A stretch of 64,000 nt of DNA from Vulcanimicrobiota bacterium. Its GTDB lineage: Bacteria; Vulcanimicrobiota; Vulcanimicrobiia; Vulcanimicrobiales; Vulcanimicrobiaceae. The stretch lies in contig CAWCIZ010000001.1 of the NCBI GenBank assembly GCA_963795855.1, positions 665,082 to 729,081 on the forward strand, given 5' to 3'. Below, in pieces: positions 44,941-54,605 of this stretch. Below the pieces are notes generated by a model. That model was not told where the DNA came from, ran no database searches, and was given only the letters and a program-made list of their open reading frames with translations. The position numbers and the translations under genes were made by a program. Position 1 is the first letter of the stretch. Every line of letters starts with the position of its first letter.

Positions 44941-45257
44941 ACGGCGAAGATGCGCATCAAACCGGTGATGTTCAAGAGCCGCTGAATTGGGCCGTCGCGG
45001 ACGATGAGGCGGACTCGGCCGCCGTTTTCCAGCGCGCGGCGGTGCGCGCCGATCAGCGCGCCCAGGCCCGTGGAATCCAAGAATTCGAGTTCGGTGAGAT
45101 CGACGATGATGTCGTGTTTGCCTTCGTTCGCGGCTTCGAGGAGCGCCGCTCGAAGTGAAGGAGCCGTCGCCAAATCCAAACTGCCGTGCAGGCGATAAAT
45201 TATCGCCGCGCCGTCATGTTCGGATTTGATGTCAACCGAAAGTGCCTCATGCGCCAT
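44883..45257 (-). CDS. STAS domain anti-sigma factor antagonist (RsbV/SpoIIAA-like)
   Basis: GSLDLATAP.LR, VDLTELEFLDSTGLGAL, LLNITGL. Confidence 0.92.
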   Translation of the reverse strand: MAHEALSVDIKSEHDGAAIIYRLHGSLDLATAPSLRAALLEAANEGKHDIIVDLTELEFLDSTGLGALIGAHRRALENGGRVRLIVRDGPIQRLLNITGLMRIFAVYASLEAALNDRDRLVASL

Positions 45258-45272
45258 AATACCACCCATTCT

Positions 45273-46244
45273 TCAGTTGTCAGAAGGCGCGCGTTCGCTC
45301 CGGCCCACGCCCTCGCCTTGTACCACGCGTTCGTCCGCCTCGTTCCACCGCCAATCGTTCGCGTTCGTCAAATGCACGCCGCCGATCCATCTATCGATCG
45401 GCTGGCGCTCGAGCCAATCCGCGTCGCCGGCGAGCACGCGCCGTCCGAGGACCGTGAGCTCGTAGCCGTTCTCGAGCTCCGAGAGCAGCGGCGCGGGTTC
45501 GGCGCAGAGGTCGTCGATATGTTGGTAGCACGCCGAATCGCCGAGAAATGATGCCTCCTCGCGAGCCTGCGAACGGCGGAACAGATCTTCTTTTCGCCGC
45601 GCGCCCTGAGCGCAAGCCTCCAGCACGTGCTTTTGCGTTCGCGAGAGGCCGCTGCCGGCGGCGGGGTATTCCTCGCACAACCGCTTGAGCGCGGGCGCGA
45701 GAAATGGGAATCCGGCGTACGGCTGGGACGTTGCCGCGTACTGCAGTTCCGGCTCTTCGGATGTGAACGCGCGCCAGGCTTTTGCGGCGCCGTCGGCCAT
45801 TGCACTCGTCAGAAATCGGCGCTTCGGAAAGAGTGCCATAATCTCGTCGGCGCTGAGCAGACCGAGGTACTGATCCGCCTGTATCATCTGGACTGAACCC
45901 GCGCCCACGCCCTGCGCCTGCAGGACGGCCAGGATTTGCAGCAAGTGCAGCTGGTCGTAAAGGTCGTGCTCGAACCACAGAACGATTTCTTCGAACTCTG
46001 CCGCGCGCCGTATCACGGCATCGCGTTTCTCGAAGTCGTAGTGCAGCTTAATCGCGTTGCCGTATCCGCGTGACGCTAGAAAATCAGCGCGAAGACTGCT
46101 GAGTTCTTCGAGCGGGAGCGAGCCTAACACCGGGCCTTCGTGTAGCACGTCGCGCCAAGCTAAGTGCGTGCCGAGCAGCCCTGCCTTCTTCCACAGGTGC
46201 AGCACCGTGTCACCGTTGGTGACGTGCAGCGTATTGGCGCTCAT
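45273..46244 (-). CDS. DUF1835-like protein
   Basis: LHVTNGD, WRDVLHEGP, LWFEHDLYDQL, RWIGGVHL. Confidence 0.75.
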   Translation of the reverse strand: MSANTLHVTNGDTVLHLWKKAGLLGTHLAWRDVLHEGPVLGSLPLEELSSLRADFLASRGYGNAIKLHYDFEKRDAVIRRAAEFEEIVLWFEHDLYDQLHLLQILAVLQAQGVGAGSVQMIQADQYLGLLSADEIMALFPKRRFLTSAMADGAAKAWRAFTSEEPELQYAATSQPYAGFPFLAPALKRLCEEYPAAGSGLSRTQKHVLEACAQGARRKEDLFRRSQAREEASFLGDSACYQHIDDLCAEPAPLLSELENGYELTVLGRRVLAGDADWLERQPIDRWIGGVHLTNANDWRWNEADERVVQGEGVGRSERAPSDN

Positions 46245-46371
46245 CCGGAGGCGCGCTTCGCGAGCGCGCCCAAAAGACCTAGCCGGCAGCGCAACCCGGC
46301 GGTATACGCTCGCTCACGGCAAGCGTACGATACCTGCGTCGGGAAATGCGCCCTAAGAAAGACGGGGGCCG

Positions 46372-47676
46372 ATGAATTATACGCTTAGGGCCGCGGCGGC
46401 GGTCGCAGCCGTCGCAGTTTCGGGATGCGCCACTGCTTCGCAGCCGGCGCCCTCAGCACCAATACGCTCGCAGTCGTCGGCTTGGGCGATGTATCAAGCT
46501 GCGCCCGGGCGCAATGCCGTATTCAATCAGGGCGGCGCGGTCACGTGGGCATACGATGCGAAAGCAAAACTGAACGGCGGTCTTGCGCTGGTCGGCGGAA
46601 AGCTGCTGTTCACGTCGTTCTCGCACAAACTGGTCGCGCTCGACGCGCGCAACGGACGACAATTGTGGACTGCGCGCGTCAGCAATATCGCGATGTCGAC
46701 GCCTATCGTCGCCGGCGACACGGTCTACGTGGGTACGGGACGCAACGGCGTGCTCGATCGTAGCACTAATCTCGGGCTGCGGCTGCGATTTGGAAACAAG
46801 GAAGTGTGGGGCGTCCCCCAGGGTGACGAGATTGCCGCTTTCGATCTGCAAAGCGGAAAACCACGCTGGACGTATCACACGGTTGGCGAGAACATGCCGT
46901 CCGGGGTGTACGACGGCGGCCGTTTGATTTTCGCGAACGGCGACTGGCACGCCTATGCGCTTCGCGCCGACACCGGTCAGGTATTGTGGTCGACGGACGT
47001 CGGCGGCGCTTCCACGATGTCGTCTGCGGTGATCGCGAACGGAATCGTCGTGGTCGGCGTGTGTGCCGAGGGAATAAAAAGCAGCGCCGCCGTTGCGCTC
47101 GATCCAGCGAACGGAAAGGTTCTCTGGAGATCGCCGTACGGGCACTGCGACGGCGCGCCGGCGTACGGCGACGGCAGATTTTTCGTTTCGTCCGTGCAGC
47201 CGTCGAAGATCAAATACGTCGGACGAACTGTGGTAGCCGCGCTCGATGCGAATACGGGACGCGCGATCTGGACGTATCGAAGCAAGCGTGACGGGTTGTG
47301 GAGCATCGTCGCATCTGACGAGTCCGCGATTGCGGGAACGTACGTGAACGGCATCTATTATCAGCCGGCGCCGCTCGATGGGGAGCTTCTTGCGTTTGAC
47401 GGCTCGAGCGGAAAGATCGACTGGCGATTCGAAACGTCGGGCCCCGTGAAGATGAGTCCCGTCGTGAAAGACGGGCGTCTCTACGTCGGCGACACCGTCG
47501 GCGTGTTTTACACGCTCGATGCGCGCACCGGAAAATTACTCGAAATTCGGCCATTCAAGAAACCGTTCACGACGAGTCCGCCCATCATTGCCGGCAACAC
47601 GATTTACGTCGTGAACGGCACGTCGGTCTACGCGCTGCCGCTTTCCGGCGAGGTACAGTTCGCACAATCCGAGTAA
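46372..47676 (+). CDS. PQQ-like beta-propeller lipoprotein (BamB-like repeats)
   Basis: lipobox VSGC; repeated ALDA.xG...W blades. Confidence 0.85.
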   Translation: MNYTLRAAAAVAAVAVSGCATASQPAPSAPIRSQSSAWAMYQAAPGRNAVFNQGGAVTWAYDAKAKLNGGLALVGGKLLFTSFSHKLVALDARNGRQLWTARVSNIAMSTPIVAGDTVYVGTGRNGVLDRSTNLGLRLRFGNKEVWGVPQGDEIAAFDLQSGKPRWTYHTVGENMPSGVYDGGRLIFANGDWHAYALRADTGQVLWSTDVGGASTMSSAVIANGIVVVGVCAEGIKSSAAVALDPANGKVLWRSPYGHCDGAPAYGDGRFFVSSVQPSKIKYVGRTVVAALDANTGRAIWTYRSKRDGLWSIVASDESAIAGTYVNGIYYQPAPLDGELLAFDGSSGKIDWRFETSGPVKMSPVVKDGRLYVGDTVGVFYTLDARTGKLLEIRPFKKPFTTSPPIIAGNTIYVVNGTSVYALPLSGEVQFAQSE

Positions 47677-47740
47677 GTGCGTTTCGCTGCTTTCGGCAGC
47701 GGTTTACTCCGCATGCATTTGTGCGAATGCAACGGCCTTA

Positions 47741-47781
47741 CATAAAGCAAGACCGGTCGCAAGACCGGTCTTTGCTTTATG
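47741..47781. terminator. bidirectional terminator-like hairpin
   Basis: CATAAAGCAA-GACCGGTC-GCAA-GACCGGTC-TTTGCTTTATG between the convergent propeller gene and tRNA. Confidence 0.75.
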
Positions 47782-47853
47782 CTGGGGTGGATGGATTCGA
47801 ACCATCGCGTGGCGGATTCAAAGCCCGCTGCCTTACCGCTTGGCTACACCCCA
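47782..47853 (-). tRNA. tRNA-Gln(TTG), CCA not encoded
   Basis: minus strand TGGGGTG..AGCCAAGCGGTAAGGC..GCGGG-CTTTGAA-TCCGC..GGTTCGAATCC..CACCCCAG cloverleaf. Confidence 0.95.
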
Positions 47854-47897
47854 ACGGCTGCCGCTGCTTTGATGCTCGCGGCGACGGCGAACCTGGA

Positions 47898-48293
47898 TTA
47901 GTGCTTGGCGGGAATTCCCCTTGTTTGCATTGCGGTTGCCGGTTCGTACAGCGCAAACGTTTCGCCGCGAGAGGCGCGCTTGGCGTAGGTCAGCGACCGC
48001 TTGAGCCAAACTGCGAAAACGATGACGTCGAGCGGAATCGCAAGCGCATAAAAGACGAGCGTAGCCGTGAGATTGCCGACGAATAGTGAAAGGATGAGGG
48101 GCCAGAGCAGCGCGACGCCTCCCCAGATCGTCGCGCGTGCTCCGAACGTGACCGCCTGCTGTATTTGCCTGCGGTACCACGATGATGCCGGGTCGCGCTC
48201 TGCAAAACGCTCGTACAGGGCTACCGGCCAAACCAGATATGCGAGGGCTGCTCGACGCTGTTCCGCGTCGGCGCGAGTTTCTTCCGTCGCGAT
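47898..48293 (-). CDS. membrane protein (DUF4870-like), absent from the ORF track, probable ATC start
   Basis: 131-codon open frame IATEETRADAEQRRAALAYLVWP...QQAVTFG..two TM helices..KRASRGETF..KH*, filling the gap between NlpC and the tRNA. Confidence 0.7.
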   Translation of the reverse strand: MATEETRADAEQRRAALAYLVWPVALYERFAERDPASSWYRRQIQQAVTFGARATIWGGVALLWPLILSLFVGNLTATLVFYALAIPLDVIVFAVWLKRSLTYAKRASRGETFALYEPATAMQTRGIPAKH

Positions 48294-48294
48294 C

Positions 48295-48961
48295 TTACTT
48301 CGCGCTTGCGAGCATGCGCTTCGCGCCCAGATAGCGCGAAGACCAGTAGGAATCGGACAGGCTGCTCACCATCACGCCGTGGCTCGATGCGTGAACGAAT
48401 CTGCCGTTGCCGATGTAGATGCCGACGTGCGACGGCCCGGGTTCATACGTTTGGAAGAACACGAGATCTCCGGCTCTCATTTTGCCTTTGATGTGGCGCC
48501 CGGCGTAATACTGGGCATCGGCCGTGCGCGGAATGCTTACTCCCAGCATCGCGAAAACGTGCTGCACGTACCCCGAGCAATCGAATCCGGACGTGCTCGT
48601 TCCGCCGAACACGTACGGGCGTGCCGAGGAACCGGAGCGCGTCGCGAGTCAGCGTGCGCGCGATCGTGGTGGTACGCGAGAGAATTCGGCTGGCGAACTT
48701 GCTTAGTCCATGAGCTTCGCGGTGCGCCGGCGCGGCGTGCTGCTCGCGAACGAGCTGCGCGGTCCACTGCGCGACGTCGGGACTGTCTACGGGCGTTCCG
48801 GGCTCCGTTGCCGCCTCTTGTGATGCGGTCGTAGCGGGAACACCGGCTGCCGTCGCGGGGGCGGCCTGCGGCGCGGCCGTCGTCGCCGAATCGGCGAATG
48901 CCGCGGCGCCGGAACCGGCGAGTAAAAACGCCAACACCCCAGAGGCAATAAGGTAACGCAA
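48295..48961 (-). CDS. NlpC/P60 family cell-wall peptidase (frameshift ~48617)
   Basis: signal peptide, LGTPY-VFGGTSTSGFDCSG, PRTADAQ, GDLVFF, HVGIYIG...FVHAS; GAGGAG SD before TTG. Confidence 0.92.
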
Positions 48962-48981
48962 AAACTGCTCCTCTTTCAAAA

Positions 48982-49093
48982 CACTTGCGGGGTTAGTTGA
49001 CGGGTTCGGACGTGAAAGATCGCCCTAGGGCCGGACCGGCCCATTCACCCCTACCGGTATGTCCCCCGCTCCGGGCGCGGCCCGGACTCAGTG
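48982..49093 (-). ncRNA. cyclic di-AMP (ydaO/yuaA) riboswitch
   Basis: minus strand CACTGAGTCC..GG.AGCGGGGGAC..GGGGTGAAT..TAGGGCGA..CCGAACCCGTCAACTAACCCCGCAAGTG matches the family consensus; 5' of an NlpC/P60 gene. Confidence 0.9.
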
Positions 49094-49216
49094 ATCACTT
49101 GGCAGGTTTGTAAGCGCCCGGCTGGGTAGCCGCGACGCCTGCCCCGATGTTGCACCCAGGGGTGGATTTCCCTTTCCGGGGTCAACGAGGGGTTCTTTAG
49201 TATATCGGCATGGGTC

Positions 49217-50570
49217 TTAAGTAACTGTAGCGGCCTGCCTGATACGGTCGGCCAGGCTGTGCGCCAGTTCCTCAATCCGCTGCTGATTGTCGCCCTCGAC
49301 CATAACACGGATGAGCGGCTCAGTACCCGACGGACGTATCAGCAATCGTCCATTTCCGGTTAAGTTCCTCTCCGCTTCTTCGACTGCCCGTCGGATGTCC
49401 GGTGCTTGCAGCACCTCTTTGCGCGCCGTTTTGACGTTGACCAAAACCTGCGGATAGACCGTCAGCTCGCTTGCCGAATCGTGAAGCCTTTCGCCTCGGC
49501 GAACGAGCGTGGAAAACAACGCAATTGCGGTCATCGGACCATCGCCCGTCGTGTTGTTGCGCAGATCGATGATGTGTCCCGACTGCTCGCCGCCGAGCAC
49601 ATATCCGCCTTCACGCATGCGCTCGAGTACGTAGCGATCGCCGACGGGCGCCCGCAAGAGCGCAATGCCGTGCGCCGCGAGCGCCTTTTCGAGTCCGATG
49701 TTGCTCATCACCGTAGCGACGACCGCATCTCCCGCGAGTTCGCCTCTCTCGTGCAGATCGCGGGCCAGCACGAGCATCACGTGATCGCCGCTCAGCGCTG
49801 CGCCGGTTTCGTCTACGAACAGCGCGCGATCCGCGTCGCCGTCGAATGCAACACCCACGACGTTGCTCCGCCCCGATGCGACGAGTCTCGCGTACGCGTG
49901 CCTGGAGCTGCCGCAGATCCGTCGCGCCGCAATTGACGTTGATGCGGGCACCGTCGTTCTCACAGTTGATCTCTTCGACCGTTGCGCCCAGTTTGCGCAG
50001 CGCATACGGTGCGTACGCGTACGCCGCCCCAAACGCCCCATCGACGACGACCGTCAGTGAACTGAGATTTTCCGCGCGAGCGTACAGCTCGTCGTAGTAG
50101 TGCTTGCCGAGGTTTTGTGCTATCGCGGCTACGCCGATGTCCGTTCCCGTGGGGCGCGGAACGTTGCGTGCATCCACCAGCGCCTCGATCTCGTCTTCGA
50201 TCGCGTCCGAAAGTTTGAAGCCGTCGGGTCCGAAAAACTTGATGCCGTTGTCGGCGATCGGATTGTGCGATGCGCTGATCATCACGCCGGCCGCTGCGCC
50301 GGTTCGAACCGTAATCGTCGCGACCGCCGGAGTTGGAACGATTCCGACCGATACGGCATCTCGTCCCACCGACGTGATGCCTGCGACGATCGCAGCCTCC
50401 AGCATCGTGCCGGAGAGCCGTGTGTCGCGGCCGACGACGATCGGCTTGTGTCGATCGCTCGTGCGCGCCAGCACCATCGCACCGGCGCGTCCAACGGCAA
50501 ACGCAATCTCCGGCGTGAGTTCGGCGTTCGCGACGCCTCGTACGCCGTCGGTTCCGAAGAGCCGGCTCAT
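49217..50570 (-). CDS. glmM: phosphoglucosamine mutase (frameshift ~49880)
   Basis: LFGTDGVRG, ISASHNP, FDGDADR, TVMSN, GGEQSGH, RPSGTEPLIRVMVE. Confidence 0.95.
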
Positions 50571-51232
50571 TTCGAAGTTCCGGTCGCGGGAAGGAGCTTT
50601 GCTTGAACGCGGATCAGGTTCGGTACGACTTGCACGTCGCCGATTTCATCGCCGCTCGAATTGACTGCCATCGGCCGAATCATTTCGTCGAATGACGGCT
50701 GGGAACTGCTCAGCGGCATGCTGATGCGTACGGTTGCCACCTGTGCCAATTCGCTATCGGGACCGCGCACCGTTACGGATGCCGGCGTAAGCGTGAAATG
50801 GCTGACCACGACGTTGCCTTGACTCCCGTAGTACATTGCGACGGGAAACGTTTTTTGATCGACCTTTTCGATGGTCAGCGTTACGGACGCCGGACTGAGC
50901 GATTGCACGGCAACGTTGGGGGCGACGAGCTGCACCGGAACGTTGTACACGCCGGCCGCGCGGTTCGAAAGATCGATCACGGCTTTGATTTCATCGGGCT
51001 TCACCGGCGGTTGTCCCCGTTGCGGTACGACCGTGACGACGGCGGTCTTATCCGGAAAACGCGCGATGTAATCGGTTGGCAAATTCACCGCCGCAATGGG
51101 AACGCTGAGCTGCTGATTGAAACGGGCGGTCAGGAGCGGATTGCCCGCAAAGCGGAAATACGCCCATCCAACCATAGCCAGGAACAGCGAGAGCAGTTTG
51201 AGTCCGAAGTTTCGGCGGATCGCCGCAACCAT
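50567..51232 (-). CDS. cdaR: CdaR/YbbR-like regulator
   Basis: NFGLKLLSLFLA..W TM, then YbbR-type strands (DLS...G...VPV, P.SVTV.GP); lies between cdaA and glmM. Confidence 0.85.
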   Translation of the reverse strand: MVAAIRRNFGLKLLSLFLAMVGWAYFRFAGNPLLTARFNQQLSVPIAAVNLPTDYIARFPDKTAVVTVVPQRGQPPVKPDEIKAVIDLSNRAAGVYNVPVQLVAPNVAVQSLSPASVTLTIEKVDQKTFPVAMYYGSQGNVVVSHFTLTPASVTVRGPDSELAQVATVRISMPLSSSQPSFDEMIRPMAVNSSGDEIGDVQVVPNLIRVQAKLLPATGTSK

Positions 51233-52122
51233 TAGATTTGTCCCGCCTTCTTCCGCTCGTCCGGCGGCTGACGGTGCAGCACGGGGACGTTCAGCCGCGC
51301 GCGCAGCTGTGTGACCAGGTCGTCGCGGATCTCGCGCGGATGGCGGCGTGGGCGCGTGGATGCCAGCAGCACGCGAAACAACCGCGTCTCGTCCTCGATC
51401 GGCCGCGAAAGTTTCCCTTCTCTTGCGACCGAGATGCTGCCGCTTTCTTCGGAGACGACCAGAACGACAGCGTCGGTTTGCTCCGAAACCCCGAGCGCCG
51501 CGCGATGGCGCGTTCCCAGGCGGCGCTCGGTCAGCGACTGCTCGGCCAGCGGCAAAAAACAACCGGCGGCTTCGATAAGCGATTGGCGCACGATGGCAGC
51601 ACCGTCGTGCAGCGGCGATCGCGGAACGAACAGCGAGAGCAGCAATTCCGCCGAAAGCGCGGCGTTGAGCGTCGTACCGCTTTCGACGAACTCTTTGAGG
51701 CCCGTCTGCTGCTCGATGACGATGAGCGCGCCGTACTTGTTTCGTGAGAGGAGGAACGCCGCTTTTGCCAGCGTCGCCATTGCTCTCTCGTCGCCGCGCG
51801 CCGTGCTGCGCGGATCGCCCTCGTTGAATCGAAAGAAACCGCCGCGGCCGAGCTGCTCGAGCATGCGCCGCAACTCGGGTTGAAATACGATCGGCAGCGA
51901 GATCGCGGCACCCAGCACGACCAGGTTGAGGATCGAACCGAGAAGCAGCATGTGGAATAGATTCGCAACGCCGAGCAGCCCCAGCAGCACGAGCACGCCG
52001 GTCAAGATCTGGACCGCGCGCGTTCCGCGAATCAGCAGCAAAAAGTAATAGATCAGAACGCTCGTCGCCAGGATGTCGAGGATGTCCGTCGCTCCGACGT
52101 ATTGCCAAACGCTATTCAGCAT
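51232..52122 (-). CDS. cdaA: diadenylate cyclase
   Basis: three TMs, FQPELRR.LE.LGR, GALIVIE, SPLHDGA, LGTRHRAALG. Confidence 0.95.
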   Translation of the reverse strand: MLNSVWQYVGATDILDILATSVLIYYFLLLIRGTRAVQILTGVLVLLGLLGVANLFHMLLLGSILNLVVLGAAISLPIVFQPELRRMLEQLGRGGFFRFNEGDPRSTARGDERAMATLAKAAFLLSRNKYGALIVIEQQTGLKEFVESGTTLNAALSAELLLSLFVPRSPLHDGAAIVRQSLIEAAGCFLPLAEQSLTERRLGTRHRAALGVSEQTDAVVLVVSEESGSISVAREGKLSRPIEDETRLFRVLLASTRPRRHPREIRDDLVTQLRARLNVPVLHRQPPDERKKAGQI

Positions 52123-52657
52123 GCTCGAGCCCTAACAGCGATTCGAGAATCCGGTCCGTCGCAACTTCCGGCGCCTGGAGACCCTCGGCGGCAACTTCAG
52201 CGAGCAGTGCGGTGGGCAGCGGGCAAAGCAGCGCCACTCGCCGCGTACCGCCGTAACGGCGCAATTCCACGTCGATGATACCGTTCACGAGCGCCGGCGG
52301 TGTCACGTCAGGCCGGAATTCGAGCACGAGCCGCTCGCCGACCGTTTCACACGCGCAAATGCCCGCAGGCGCGCCCGGCCCGCTCAGCGCGTCCGCAAGT
52401 TGCGGCAAGGCATCCGCAGGCAGAGGTTCAATTGCAAGAGCGATGATCGCCGCATCATACCACTTTGCATTGGGAACGGACTGCGCGAACTGCGCAGGAT
52501 CGACGCTTTCGGGTCCCTCGATCAGTGCGTATACGCGCGGAACGATGGGGACGTCCCGAATGCGCGCCCTCACCCCGCCGCGCGCGAGCGCGGTGACGCC
52601 GTTTCCGATCGCGTCCGTCAGCGCCGAGTCGATGCGCAGGGTGCGTGCCCAAGTCAC
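52112..52657 (-). CDS. hypothetical protein, first gene of the cdaA operon
   Basis: 181-aa ORF whose end overlaps the cdaA start. Confidence 0.65.
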   Translation of the reverse strand: MTWARTLRIDSALTDAIGNGVTALARGGVRARIRDVPIVPRVYALIEGPESVDPAQFAQSVPNAKWYDAAIIALAIEPLPADALPQLADALSGPGAPAGICACETVGERLVLEFRPDVTPPALVNGIIDVELRRYGGTRRVALLCPLPTALLAEVAAEGLQAPEVATDRILESLLGLEHAE

Positions 52658-52678
52658 GATGAGACCTTCGTTAGCCGC

Positions 52679-53563
52679 GTGAATCTCACGTTCCCGGCGC
52701 GCGTCGTTTCCGTTGGTAAAAATGCTGCACACGTCGTGCTCGATACCGAGGAGCATCCGCGCGTTGCGGATCTGAAACGCGCCACGGGCAAACGCGAGAT
52801 GCTGGCGCCGGGCGACCGCGTGCACGTGCGGCTTCTTGAAGATGGGCGCGTTCTGGTCGAATCCGCCGAGGCGCGCACGTTTACGCTGCAGCGCCGTACG
52901 GTAGAAGGCCGAGCAAAGACCATGGCGGCGAACGTCGATACCCTAGTGACGGTCACGGCTCTGGCCGACCCGCCGCCGCGCCTCCTCACACTCGATCAAC
53001 TGCTCGCCTTTGCGGAGCTTGAAAGCATCGGTCCGCTCGTCGTGCTGACGAAGCCGGATTTGGCGGACGACGAAACCGCGAATCGTCTGTACTCCCTGTA
53101 CAGCTCGCTCGGCTACGAAACGCTGATCGTCAATCCCAAGGCCGGTAGCAATGTCGAGGGGCTGCGCGCGGCGCTGGAGCGGCGCCACTCCTTGCTGTGC
53201 GGCGTATCGGGCGTCGGCAAAAGCTCGATATTTCGCGCGCTCGGCGGGGATGCGGTGGTCGGCGACGTTTCGCGCCATGGGATCGGCCGGCAGACGACGA
53301 CGGCCTCGCGCCTCTATCGCATGTCCGGCGGCTTCCTTATAGATAGCCCCGGAGTCGCAGAATTCGGACTCGGCGCGATAAGGGCGCAAGAGCTGGTCGA
53401 TGGGTTCCGTGAGATGCGCGACTTGGCCGGCCGCTGCAGGTTCACCGATTGCAGTCACGTGCACGAGCCGGACTGCGCGGTTCAAGCTGCTGCCGCGGAC
53501 GGCCGCATCGCTTCGAGCCGGTACGAGAGTTTCCGCAGAATACTCTGCGCGGGTACCGAGTAA
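52679..53563 (+). CDS. rsgA: ribosome small subunit-dependent GTPase
   Basis: AANVD, TKPDL, GVSGVGKSS, GRQTTT, DSPG, CRFTDCSHVHEPDCAV. Confidence 0.95.
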   Translation: MNLTFPARVVSVGKNAAHVVLDTEEHPRVADLKRATGKREMLAPGDRVHVRLLEDGRVLVESAEARTFTLQRRTVEGRAKTMAANVDTLVTVTALADPPPRLLTLDQLLAFAELESIGPLVVLTKPDLADDETANRLYSLYSSLGYETLIVNPKAGSNVEGLRAALERRHSLLCGVSGVGKSSIFRALGGDAVVGDVSRHGIGRQTTTASRLYRMSGGFLIDSPGVAEFGLGAIRAQELVDGFREMRDLAGRCRFTDCSHVHEPDCAVQAAAADGRIASSRYESFRRILCAGTE

Positions 53564-53566
53564 CTC

Positions 53567-54511
53567 CTATTGCACGACGACCGTTCCAACCATGTTTTCC
53601 GTATCGTCATGGAAGAGGCAGTAGTACGTGTACGTTCCGGGTTTCGTGAAGGTGAGACTGAAGCTCTGACCCGGCATCAAAACTCCCGAATTCACGAGCG
53701 TCGATCCGTCGTACGTGTTTCCACCCGCGGGAGGCGAGAACGGCGCCATCGCCGGTAACGTCTGGCCCGCCGCGGCAATCGTCACGGTGTGCGGTAAATT
53801 CGCATCGAGATTGGTCCACGTCACAGTGGTTCCGGCCGCGACGGTGACGCTCGTATCCGATAGCGAATTACCGTCCAAGAATCGGACGACGCTCACCGGC
53901 GTGCGCTGGTTTCCGAGGCCCGGCGCGATGCCGGCCGCCAAATGCGGCCCTCCCGCAGTGTACGGGAACTGCGAAACCGCACTGCTTGCACTGTTCAGAT
54001 CGGCCGCGATTTGCGCAGTGCTCGTATTACTCATTTGAACCGCAGAGAGCGGATACGACGAGCCCTTGTCTTGCACCACCACCGTGCCGGACATTCCGCC
54101 GTGAATCAAACAGTAATACGTGTACGTACCTGCCTTCGGGAACGTCAGCGTGTAGGTCTGACCGCCCAGTAGAAAACCGGAACTGGTATAGGCGCTGCCA
54201 TCGTAGCTCGTGCCGCCGGCGGGCGCGGCGTCGGTGGGATCGTTCGGCGCGGGCGGTGCCGTTTTCGGCCCAAGAAAAGTCACGGTGTGCGGTTCACCCG
54301 CGGGGTATTTCCAGGTGAGCGAGTCGCCCGCGTTTATCGTTATAGACGCAGGATAATATTTCAGGGCTTGCAGCGCTTCATTCTGGCCGGAAGCGCCCGC
54401 CTGCAGGACCCAGTCGACGGGCTGTTGGTTAGGAATCGAACTGTTTGTGCCGCCACCGCACCCGGCCAACAGCAACGCGGCTGCGCAGGCGACGTATACG
54501 AACTGCTTCAT
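53567..54511 (-). CDS. two-domain cupredoxin (plastocyanin/azurin-like) lipoprotein
   Basis: lipobox LAGC; two repeats of PHTVT...F...GTYTYYC..H...M.G.V.V. Confidence 0.85.
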   Translation of the reverse strand: MKQFVYVACAAALLLAGCGGGTNSSIPNQQPVDWVLQAGASGQNEALQALKYYPASITINAGDSLTWKYPAGEPHTVTFLGPKTAPPAPNDPTDAAPAGGTSYDGSAYTSSGFLLGGQTYTLTFPKAGTYTYYCLIHGGMSGTVVVQDKGSSYPLSAVQMSNTSTAQIAADLNSASSAVSQFPYTAGGPHLAAGIAPGLGNQRTPVSVVRFLDGNSLSDTSVTVAAGTTVTWTNLDANLPHTVTIAAAGQTLPAMAPFSPPAGGNTYDGSTLVNSGVLMPGQSFSLTFTKPGTYTYYCLFHDDTENMVGTVVVQ

Positions 54512-54518
54512 GCCGCAC

Positions 54519-54551
54519 AGCCTAACGCCTCGTGCGTCTAAAAGCCGTCTA
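54519..54551 (-). promoter_or_regulatory. TAGACG-N5-TAGACG direct repeat plus -10 (TAGGCT), leaderless start
   Basis: CGTCTA at 54535 and 54546 (11-bp period); -10-like hexamer 7 nt before ATG 54511. Confidence 0.7.
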
Positions 54552-54605
54552 TGCGGGCACGACGGAGCCCGCGCACCGGGCGTGGAACACGGGGCCAACG
54601 GTGTC

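Noticed and set aside
47782..47853. tRNA-Gln as an island integration site
   Set aside because: No duplicated tRNA 3' end or integrase was seen nearby.
50567..52108. 513-aa ORF spanning cdaA and cdaR
   Set aside because: The N-terminal part is an Arg/Ala-rich shadow frame over cdaA; cdaR starts at the TAATG overlap at 51232.
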